Source of the DNA: a virus
DNA length: 56,219 nucleotides
IMG/VR virus record: IMGVR_UViG_3300045988_063094
Coordinates: 1 to 56,219 of that record
Direction: 5' to 3' (one strand)
Below, one piece after another: positions 26,319 to 34,143 of this stretch. The notes below the pieces were generated by a model. It ran no database searches and was not told where the DNA came from. It saw only the letters and a list, made by a program, of their open reading frames with translations. Made by a program: the position numbers and the translations under genes. Positions within the stretch are counted from its first letter, which is position 1; each line of letters opens with the position of its first letter.

Positions 26319-26900
26319 TTATTCAACTGGTGTTAGCAAGACTTCCGCACTAATCGAAAGTTCGATATGGTAGCCGTCTTTAACGGTAACATTCTGCTTT
26401 TCGCCAGCTTTTTCAAATTTCAGCACATCACTCACATCGTCAGAATTTGCATCAGACACCACAAATACTGTAGCTTCTTTGTTTCGATTCTCAACTTGGT
26501 ATGTGTCAGCCGGAACCATGTACCAGATATATTTATAACCACTTTTGTTCGTTTCTTCTTTTCCATAATCGCCAAGAACTTCATCAACTAAAACAATAGA
26601 GTCATTCTCTTCTACGGCTTCTTCCGAAGTAACAGACGGATTTTTAGATTCTATCTTTACAGATGACGCAACGGATGATGTTGGTTTTTCGCTTTCAGAG
26701 CTAACCGCAGTATCTGTTTTGTTACGAGGGCTTACCAAATCCATAATAAAAGCCAATACGAACATTACCATAAGGATTTTGAACCACAGCCGCTTATAAG
26801 CTGGCTTTGGTGGTGTATTCTCTCCACCACACTGCGGACAGGTTTTAGCGGTAACGGCTATCCTTGCGCCGCAGTGTTTACACTTTACGAGTTTTGCCAT
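26319..26900 (-). CDS. zinc-ribbon / single-TM / extracellular-domain protein (paralog of 25675..26304)
   Basis: Start MAKLVKCKHCGARI..CPQCGG, followed by a TM segment. Confidence 0.65.
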   Translation of the reverse strand: MAKLVKCKHCGARIAVTAKTCPQCGGENTPPKPAYKRLWFKILMVMFVLAFIMDLVSPRNKTDTAVSSESEKPTSSVASSVKIESKNPSVTSEEAVEENDSIVLVDEVLGDYGKEETNKSGYKYIWYMVPADTYQVENRNKEATVFVVSDANSDDVSDVLKFEKAGEKQNVTVKDGYHIELSISAEVLLTPVE

Positions 26901-27331
26901 TTTACAATGCCCCTTTCTTACGGTCAAGTATAGCACAGATTAGACCAGGAAAGGGGGCCTTTTTGCTGTTTTTAATTTTTTGACGCTTTGCACAGAACAA
27001 GGCCTTTATTTTTGTGGGTCTTTTTTATTTTTTTCGGTGGTGACGGAACTCACCTACCCCACCCCCGGCGTTCCCTGTATACCCCGCCGGTGCACCCCCT
27101 GCCCACTCCAGCGCACCCGAAGCGACGGCACACGACAGGCAGCAGGGCAGGCCGTGCCAGATGCAAGGCAGACCACGCCACGCACCGACACACACGCCCA
27201 GACGCTGGACACGCTGCACCGATCTACACTCGATACCAGACAGGCCACGCGGGGCGATCAGGACGGCGGCGGGGGCTGGACTGCCTGCTCAGTGCGTCCG
27301 GCAAAGTGTACAATTTCGGACGCTTTATTTT

Positions 27332-27420
27332 ATCCATATTTATATGGATATATTTTGCTGAAAGCATTGACAATCCATATATATATGGATATAATATAAT
27401 CAGTCCAGATAAATATGGAC
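27332..27420. promoter_or_regulatory. three 18-bp palindromic operators ATCCATAT-NN-ATATGGAT
   Basis: Copies at 27332-27349, 27373-27390 and 27403-27420 (the third is imperfect: GTCCAGATAAATATGGAC). Confidence 0.6.
27367..27395 (+). promoter_or_regulatory. consensus promoter for the 27458 operon
   Basis: TTGACA, 17-bp spacer, TATAAT. The spacer is the middle operator. Confidence 0.6.
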
Positions 27421-27457
27421 TACAACCACAATACACCAAAACAGGAGGACAAAAACC

Positions 27458-27781
27458 ATGAAAAGAACCTCTAGTATGACCTATCACGAAACAGACGAGA
27501 GCAGAGAGCTTGAGCTGTACACCACCAACAACGGCGGCTTGTACCGCCAAATGATAACGCCCATTATTAACAACCTGCGCAAAAAGTACCAGCGCGGAAC
27601 CTATGACGCAGACAAGGCCGTTGACCTCTGGTATAACGTAGCTACTGAGGGGGCAAAGCTGTACAATAAAGAGTTTGGCAGCGACAGCCGGTGGAGCCGC
27701 TTATTTAACGTCCAATGCCGCTATACTGTGGCGGTCAACCTTGAGAGCTACTATAAAGAGGAGGTAGAGTACAATGCTTGA
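27458..27781 (+). CDS. hypothetical protein
   Basis: 107 aa, GGAGGA RBS. Confidence 0.6.
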   Translation: MKRTSSMTYHETDESRELELYTTNNGGLYRQMITPIINNLRKKYQRGTYDADKAVDLWYNVATEGAKLYNKEFGSDSRWSRLFNVQCRYTVAVNLESYYKEEVEYNA

Positions 27782-27873
27782 TGCAACTCAAATTTATGCC
27801 CTCTGGTACGTGGGCGGCATGATTTCCGGGGCGTTGGTTATGCTGGCATGGCTTAATAACTGAGGTGGGCGCA

Positions 27874-28173
27874 ATGAAACTTGTTATAAATTATAACCAA
27901 TACAAACTCCTTGATTTACTCGTTTACCGCGCTTCCCTTTTGTCCGACACATTAAAATATGAGCCAGACAACAAAAGTCAACTGTCTACTGATAAACGAC
28001 TATTTACGATTGCCGTAAAAAAGGTTGACAGTGCAAAAATCCCGGAGCAAGTAAAAAATCTTGTGATTTCTATTGGCAATAACTGGGCAAAATATACATC
28101 CGACGCTTTTGATTTTTTACTTCGTGACGCAGGTGTTTTAATCGAAGGCAGCACACATTTTAAGGAGGGCTAA
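27874..28173 (+). CDS. hypothetical protein
   Basis: ATG at 27874 with a GAGGTG RBS. Confidence 0.55.
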   Translation: MKLVINYNQYKLLDLLVYRASLLSDTLKYEPDNKSQLSTDKRLFTIAVKKVDSAKIPEQVKNLVISIGNNWAKYTSDAFDFLLRDAGVLIEGSTHFKEG

Positions 28174-28176
28174 AAA

Positions 28177-28440
28177 ATGACGTTGTTTGAAGAAAAGGTG
28201 AACGAGTACAGGGAAAACAAGCGGCTTTTAGAAGAGCTCGAAGCAATGAACGAAGCAATCAAGGCAGATATTATTTGCATGATGCAGGGCGCGCCGGAAA
28301 TGGCTCAGGGTACGGCAAAAGCTATCTATAAAGACGTTCAGAGCGTCCGGTTAGATAGCAAGCTTCTGAAGACGCTGCACCCGGATGTTTACGCCGAGTG
28401 CAGCAGCAAAACCACCTACAAGCGTTTCAGCGTGGTATAA
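28177..28440 (+). CDS. hypothetical coiled-coil protein
   Basis: 87-aa ORF with a GGAGGG RBS. Confidence 0.55.
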   Translation: MTLFEEKVNEYRENKRLLEELEAMNEAIKADIICMMQGAPEMAQGTAKAIYKDVQSVRLDSKLLKTLHPDVYAECSSKTTYKRFSVV

Positions 28441-28560
28441 AGGGGGTGCAAGCTGTGATTTTATCCGCAATTTTGTTCTTTTTTTGGTTTTTCCAGGCAC
28501 TGTTTAAGGCGTCCAAATAAGGACGCCGGAACACACTTATATAATATGGAGGGTTACACA

Positions 28561-28722
28561 ATGACTAACACTAATAAGGGATATGACATCAATACAGGGC
28601 TGTACAGCTCCCGCTACTATGCTCGCAAGGCCGCAACCGGCGCGGAGGTTGTCGTTAAGATCTGCGGCGGTTATACCATTATGACGGCAGCAGATTATAA
28701 CATTTGGCGCAATCAGCGCTAA
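28561..28722 (+). CDS. small hypothetical protein (53 aa)
   Basis: ATG with a GGAGGG RBS, co-oriented with its neighbours. Preferred over the antisense ORF 28537..28764. Confidence 0.4.
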   Translation: MTNTNKGYDINTGLYSSRYYARKAATGAEVVVKICGGYTIMTAADYNIWRNQR

Positions 28723-28835
28723 CAATTTTGCCCCAGCCCAAAAGGGCAAAAATATTTCTTGCAAGTCCTGTTAATGGGGCTTGCGATATGATATACTATA
28801 AAAAAGGGCAAAAGCCCAGAAAAGAGGGAAAAATC

Positions 28836-28991
28836 ATGTTAAAAGACGTTTCTAGCAGCGCAGCCGCCCTGTATGATGGAGGATGGAGAAGCGCAGACGC
28901 TGACCAACTCCGCACAGAATACGACTTGACAGAAGAGGAAGCGCAAGAGCTTTGCGCCGCCCTTGCAGATCTTGAAGAAAAAAATAAATAA
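28836..28991 (+). CDS. small hypothetical protein (51 aa)
   Basis: ATG at 28836 with a GAGGGA RBS. Internal start of ORF 28704..28991. Confidence 0.45.
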   Translation: MLKDVSSSAAALYDGGWRSADADQLRTEYDLTEEEAQELCAALADLEEKNK

Positions 28992-28997
28992 TTCCTA

Positions 28998-29027
28998 CCC
29001 CGCCCACGCTGGCGGGGCTTTTCTTTT
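28998..29027 (+). terminator. rho-independent terminator
   Basis: CCCCGCC cacgct GGCGGGG followed by CTTTTCTTTT. Confidence 0.75.
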
Positions 29028-29605
29028 GCCTTGCATCTGCTGAGGGTGCAGGGCTTTTCTTTTTGGCCTGCAACGTATCAGCCACGCGCAAGCGTTTACA
29101 GCGGCCTTTCTGCCGTCCATGCAATTCGCCAAAACCGTTTACAGGGCTTTACAGGGGTATTTCCATTGATTTGCCCCATTCCAGCACACACAATACAGCA
29201 GCCGCACAAACCGCCTATACACCGCCAGCGCAGCACCGGAGGGCATACCGTCAAACGTAGTACCTGCACCAATATCAGATACCACCGACGCGCCGAACGC
29301 CATACAGACCAGCACAACCGCCCTATTATAATAAGTTATATAAGGGTGCGGCTATGCGCCCTGTTATGGATCTATGCCCGGCGGTGCAGCATAGCGCAGA
29401 CCATGCCAGCCCGGCGGCGGTCTGCTCCTATCATGTGCGGATTGCTGGCAAGTGTTGACACACTGTCAGCAGTACAGACCCGGCGCACCTACTGAGGGGG
29501 TCAACGTCTCCACCTGTACAGGGTCAGCCCGGCGGCTTGCGATCTGGCACCTGGTCAGCCCGGCACACTCCACCCGGCGGAGCAGTCCAGCAGCGAGCGG
29601 CCGGA

Positions 29606-30715
29606 ATAGTCGTAACAGCTTCTGAAATAGTCGTGGAATAGTCGTAAAGTCGTCAGACGACTACTGCTTGAAAGCCCTATATATAGTATAGTAACGGCTG
29701 CTCGCTGATAGTCGCAGAGCAATAGTCGTAATATTTTCTTGCGAATTATCGACAAATAGTCGTGTATTTTTTGTGTGAAATAGTCGTTTGCCTTTTAGGA
29801 AAATGGAGATGCGATAGTCGCTAAGTCATCAGACCGCATAAAATTCATAATCCATTGCATATATTCACTTATTTATTCACTCGCTAGCCATACCAAATTC
29901 GTATACCAACCGTACTTATTGTAATATACGCTTATATATCCTAGTAACTATCTAGGGATTATTCTGCTAGAATAGTCGTATCATCTAATTCGGTCCGTTC
30001 CTGCTCGATTTAATTCCCAGCAATGTGCTATGATATTTCAACTAATCCATACTACTTTGCTATGAATAATTATGCCTGATAGTCGCAGTCAAGCTATGCA
30101 ACATTTGTGCATATCCAACCGACTACAAAATGAAGTCAATTCTCCATGTGAAATAGTCGTGGAGGGTGGCAGGTCAGATGCCGTTGCCCTTTATAGGCTA
30201 GATGCCGTTACCGTTGGAGGTCACCCGGTCGGCGCGGTGCGCCGGACGATAGAGGGTGACGTAACGTAGAGGTCAGATTGACGGTATGCCTTTATCCAGC
30301 TAATAGAACCTGACGGCAGATGCTGGTAACGGTCTGCTCTGCTGGCTAACGGCGTAGCTTTGGAGATAGAGGGTTGTAGGGGGAAAGAACCTTTGCAAAG
30401 CATCCGGTTGTCGTTTCCGGTTGTCGCACCATTTTGGCGTGGGGGCCTCAAACAATTTATTTGTTTGAGGGGGGAGTTAGGGGGATTATAGGGGGTAATA
30501 GGGGTTGTAGGGGAAAGAGGGGGAAGAAAGGGGGGAAGATTGGATGCGGACGCATCATGTGCATTCATTTGCATGCAAACGCATCACGCTGATAGTCGTA
30601 GCCATATCAGCTCAAACTCCGCTCGATCGAGACGGCTCCTACTCAAATCCAGACCTTGCCGTTTTCCCATGATAAATAACAAGAGAAAAAAGCACGGAAT
30701 AGTCGCAGAGGGTAG
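29606..30715 (+). repeat. field of 13 co-oriented ATAGTCG(Y) repeats in non-coding DNA
   Basis: Cores start at 29606, 29627, 29638, 29708, 29722, 29756, 29780, 29814, 29972, 30079, 30153, 30592 and 30709. A palindromic variant AGTCGT-cag-ACGACT lies at 29648-29662. Confidence 0.85.
30361..30540 (+). repeat. G-run / TAGGGG repeat tract with an embedded perfect hairpin
   Basis: Nine runs of G4-G6 and five TAGGGG copies. The hairpin CCTCAAACAA-tttat-TTGTTTGAGG lies at 30446-30470. Confidence 0.8.
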
Positions 30716-30779
30716 TTTTACCACCTGATACCATTCCATGCTTTCTGATACAGTAGTTTTGTAGTCATACAAGCTAAGA

Positions 30780-31082
30780 TTAGATATTCTTGGCTTTTCT
30801 TGCCTTACGCAGACGCTCTGCCAGTGTTTCACGCTGCTCTTCGCTGATCTCACGAGTGACAGGCGACCGGAACTTCACAAGACGTTTCGGCATCGAATAG
30901 GTCTTGGATTCCTTGCACCGCTTGGCAGACAGCTCCGCCATAAACTTGTACGTATCGGGGAACTGCTCACAGAGCTTGTCCAGCTTGCGAATGTAAACCG
31001 GGTCTGCCGTGTAGATTTCTGCGGTATCTTCCGCTGCGTTGAAGTTGATGATAGTCTCACGTTCGATGTTGGTGATTGCCAT
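30780..31082 (-). CDS. hypothetical protein (last gene of the early operon)
   Basis: 100-aa ATG ORF. Confidence 0.6.
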   Translation of the reverse strand: MAITNIERETIINFNAAEDTAEIYTADPVYIRKLDKLCEQFPDTYKFMAELSAKRCKESKTYSMPKRLVKFRSPVTREISEEQRETLAERLRKARKAKNI

Positions 31083-31212
31083 AGTTGTTTTTCTCCTATA
31101 TTTTGTGTAGTGAAAAATATTTATAGGGTTCAGGCGGTAACTTTATCGCCCTGACCCTGTTATCTGTTTTTCTTGCCTATTCTACTGTGACGATACGAGC
31201 GCAGAAGCGATG

Positions 31213-32436
31213 TTACATCCACACGCATTCTTTGAACTGCTGGGTTTCCATCTGGAACGTGATGTCTAGTGACCCTACGTTGCCCTCTTTGTTCTTCTCA
31301 AGCGCAAAGTGATAATGCGGCTCCGGTCTCTTTTTCGTGGTCACGTTCTGCGCCAGCAGGATGATTGCATCTGCGTCCTGCTCGATCTGTCCGCTCTCTC
31401 TCAGGTCTGCGGCAGTCGGTGGAATGCTTGTTCTTGCTGTCTCTCGATTAAGCTGCGCAAGAGCTATCACCAGCGTTCCTGTGGACTGTGCGAACTCGTG
31501 TAGCGCCATGCTGATTTCTGTGACGGCACTGTATCGGTCTTTCGCTCCGGCTTGATGGATAAGCTGCAAATAGTCTATGAACACCACTTTTGCCTGCATC
31601 CTGATAGACTGCGTTCTAATCCACCCAACGCTCTTACCAGCGGCAGAACGGACGAATAGCGGATATTTCTTGATGGCTGCCAGCCGGTCAAGCTCGTCAA
31701 TGCTGACGGTTTTGTTTTTGACCGTGTGTAGCGGTACGCCTAGCTGGTTTGCGATGATACGAGCATAGAGGGTATCAGGGTCTGTCTCTAGGCTGAAATA
31801 CGCCACCTTGCGTCCGTTCTTGGCTATTTCACAGGCAAGTTGCAGGGATAGAGCAGTCTTACCGGCAGACGGTCTGCCGCCGATCACAACGAAGTTACCC
31901 GGAACAAGATGCAAGTTGTTGTCCAGCACTTTAAGCCCTGTGCTGATATACTCCGGCTTATCATCCAGTCTGCGGATGTAGCCGTCTATACCATCGCACA
32001 TCGGAATAAAATTACTTCTCTCGTTGTGCAGGTTAATAGCTTCGCCTAACTGCTCATAAATGCCCGTCAGGTCTGCGTATCTGGTCGAGCCATCAACAAT
32101 TTTGAACGCAATCTCTCTGGCTCTGGACAACGCTGCCTGTTCCTTGACGATTCCAGCCCATCTAAGCATCATATCATGGGTGACGTTTCGGATGAACTCT
32201 GCACCAAAGGCATCTAGGCATTCACCCATTGCTTTCTTGCAGTTATCGTACCGCCCCATGACTTCTACCGGGTTCCACTTGTCGTTGTGTTCCCAATAGC
32301 CACGAATGGCAGCGAATGTATCATGCAGTTCAGGGCAGAAATCGTCAATTTTAAGATCTTGTAGCACATCGGCATACTCAGAAAACGTGAGGACTGCTCC
32401 CAGAAGGATGTATTGGGTTTGATTTTCAATATTCAC
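31213..32436 (-). CDS. dnaB: replicative DNA helicase, DnaB family
   Basis: Walker A GGRPSAGKTALSLQ and a DnaB C-terminal domain layout. Confidence 0.85.
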   Translation of the reverse strand: MNIENQTQYILLGAVLTFSEYADVLQDLKIDDFCPELHDTFAAIRGYWEHNDKWNPVEVMGRYDNCKKAMGECLDAFGAEFIRNVTHDMMLRWAGIVKEQAALSRAREIAFKIVDGSTRYADLTGIYEQLGEAINLHNERSNFIPMCDGIDGYIRRLDDKPEYISTGLKVLDNNLHLVPGNFVVIGGRPSAGKTALSLQLACEIAKNGRKVAYFSLETDPDTLYARIIANQLGVPLHTVKNKTVSIDELDRLAAIKKYPLFVRSAAGKSVGWIRTQSIRMQAKVVFIDYLQLIHQAGAKDRYSAVTEISMALHEFAQSTGTLVIALAQLNRETARTSIPPTAADLRESGQIEQDADAIILLAQNVTTKKRPEPHYHFALEKNKEGNVGSLDITFQMETQQFKECVWM

Positions 32437-33101
32437 CGCAGAAAGTCTCCCTCGTCAGGCAATTCAGCCATTGTGTGCTGATAGCCACCGTTCCAGTCCT
32501 TCACGTTACGCATCCAGTTCCGTGCAGCAGCTTTCCAGTCTTTCATAGGCGACTTGCCGACTTTCCAGCCATTCGCCGTGAAATGGTCAACGAACCGCTC
32601 TGCTTCTGATTCTGTGTAACCCTTGTCCGCAAAGTATTCTTTGGCTTGCTCGATAGTCGGTGCCTTGAAGCGTTTGACTTCGTTGGTATTTTTCTTTTCA
32701 CATTTTTCTTTTTTATCAGATTCAGATACAGAATCAGATACAGATAAGGCATCGTTTGCATCCATTTGCATATTTTGCATACCAGTGTATGCGTTTGCAT
32801 CATTTGTATGCGTTTGTATGCACTTGCATTTTTCATCGTTCCAACGCTTATTTGCACTCCGTCTGTTTTTCTCAATTCGCTCCTGTCTTTTCTGCACGTT
32901 CATATCATCGAACGCCTTAACGACTTTCCAAAGCATCCGCATAGCACGGTCGTTGTCGTATGCTGGCTCAAGTCCAGTCTCAACGTAGTGTGCGTAGTTG
33001 CGGACGAACGCTCCAAATTCCTCGTCCGTCAATTCGTCCATCGCATGAACGTGTTCCAACAGAAGAATCATTGATGTTCTAGGCTTGTGTTCCTGCTCCA
33101 T
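32433..33101 (-). CDS. putative replication organizer / helicase-loading protein
   Basis: Directly upstream of DnaB with overlapping stop/start. The C-terminus (FTANGWKVGKSPMKDWKAAARNW) is typical of phage DnaD-like organizers. Contains an internal DNA repeat array. Confidence 0.5.
   Translation of the reverse strand: MEQEHKPRTSMILLLEHVHAMDELTDEEFGAFVRNYAHYVETGLEPAYDNDRAMRMLWKVVKAFDDMNVQKRQERIEKNRRSANKRWNDEKCKCIQTHTNDANAYTGMQNMQMDANDALSVSDSVSESDKKEKCEKKNTNEVKRFKAPTIEQAKEYFADKGYTESEAERFVDHFTANGWKVGKSPMKDWKAAARNWMRNVKDWNGGYQHTMAELPDEGDFLR
32755..32829. repeat. array of seven TTTGCAT/TTTGTAT motifs inside the organizer gene
   Basis: Motifs start at 32755, 32765, 32774, 32794, 32803, 32813 and 32823. 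Two adjacent CAGATACAGA copies lie at about 32723-32744. Confidence 0.75.
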
Positions 33102-33103
33102 AC

Positions 33104-33355
33104 TCAATCCTCTTTGTAACGGCTGTTCCACCGGCTGATGATTTCTTGTCGTCCGTCTTTTTCGTCATACGGTGACAAAACGCCATCTTCACCAAAGCTA
33201 TAGTAAGCGCTATTGCTCATTGATGCATTATGACACTTTTCACACAGAATCATCCATGTTGTGTGGTATCTTCTCTTTGAATCCACTTGATGCAATCCAT
33301 CGTGATACAGCGTCGGAATAGACCCGCAGAACGGGCATCTCTTAAGTTCTTCCAT
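33104..33355 (-). CDS. Lar-like zinc-ribbon protein (restriction-alleviation family candidate)
   Basis: LKRCPFCGS ... CEKC ... ISRWNSR pattern. Confidence 0.4.
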   Translation of the reverse strand: MEELKRCPFCGSIPTLYHDGLHQVDSKRRYHTTWMILCEKCHNASMSNSAYYSFGEDGVLSPYDEKDGRQEIISRWNSRYKED

Positions 33356-33357
33356 CT

Positions 33358-33651
33358 TTAATCCTCCTTAAAATATGGGCACTCAGCGTCAGATTCACGT
33401 AGCCAACCTTCGCCCGGAATGTTTACTATCTCATAATACTGCCGTGCAACGTAGATTGTTTTCTGCCCATCTTCAGCGATCAGACCGACAATCAGATAGT
33501 TGCCAGCAGCCGTAAAGAACCAAGGGTTGCTCTTGTAAGTCTCGCCCTTCATCCAGTTCTTCATTTTGTTTACGGCTTTTTCAATGTCCTTATCGGGGCA
33601 GTCCGGGTTGTCGTATGCAAAGAAATCCTCAGGAAATTTAAGCTTTTTCAC
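33358..33651 (-). CDS. hypothetical protein
   Basis: 97-aa ORF in the coupled early operon. Confidence 0.55.
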   Translation of the reverse strand: MKKLKFPEDFFAYDNPDCPDKDIEKAVNKMKNWMKGETYKSNPWFFTAAGNYLIVGLIAEDGQKTIYVARQYYEIVNIPGEGWLRESDAECPYFKED

Positions 33652-33848
33652 TTTCTAAATCCCTCTCTCGTTCTTATAATTCGTTTGCAACATTCATGTA
33701 GCTTTGCGCCTTTACGGTATACAGGTCGATTGTGCTTCTTTTTAATGTAACCGCACTGCGTTTCGGACCGTCTGATAGCATTTGCAAGCTGTTCAAGTGA
33801 TGCAGCGCATCGGTTCATTGCTTCTGTTAACGCTTCAAATCCATCCAT
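33648..33848 (-). CDS. hypothetical protein
   Basis: ATG at 33848 with a GGAGGA RBS. Confidence 0.5.
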   Translation of the reverse strand: MDGFEALTEAMNRCAASLEQLANAIRRSETQCGYIKKKHNRPVYRKGAKLHECCKRIIRTREGFRK

Positions 33849-33850
33849 AT

Positions 33851-34133
33851 TTAGTCCTCCGTAGGCGGTATTGGCATATACGCCCAATATTCAATTTTTG
33901 AGTGATGTAAACAATATCCGTTATCGTTCATCCAATCAAATTCTGGCATTCCATGCCGAAGGTCTTTTACAAGTCCTCCGCATGACACAGCCCTGTCTAT
34001 CTTCCTTTTGAAAAAAATCAAAATACAGCCCAGACAGTAAAATCCTTCCGGATGAAAAGTAGCCATTTCCATTGTCAAACAGTGGCGGGTATCCTTCTTT
34101 TTTAAGAGAATGCCAAACAATTTTGCTCTCCAT
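33851..34133 (-). pseudogene. DUF551-like gene split over two frames at a T7 run (sense strand)
   Basis: The N-terminal frame (MESKIVWHSLKKEGYPP...) and C-terminal frame (...YWAYMPIPPTED) overlap at 34011-34017. Total length is 283 nt (3n+1). Confidence 0.4.
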
Positions 34134-34143
34134 ACCCATCACC

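Noticed and set aside
26980-27550. Six overlapping ORFs (for example 26988..27461 plus, 27224..27550 minus) that might be genes
   Set aside because: They overlap each other in several frames on both strands and encode Pro/Arg/Ala/His-rich strings. They coincide exactly with a T-poor GC-rich tract where stop codons are rare, and none has a credible RBS.
29031-29495. ORFs 29031..29495, 29063..29260 and 29096..29317 in the second GC-rich island
   Set aside because: Same reasoning as above: low-complexity products, mutual overlap, and no RBS or start context.
29606-30715. Whether the ATAGTCG field or the 10-bp array (50781..51000) is a CRISPR array
   Set aside because: The repeats are only 7-10 bp, the intervening distances are irregular or zero, and there are no cas genes or a leader. 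This is not CRISPR architecture.
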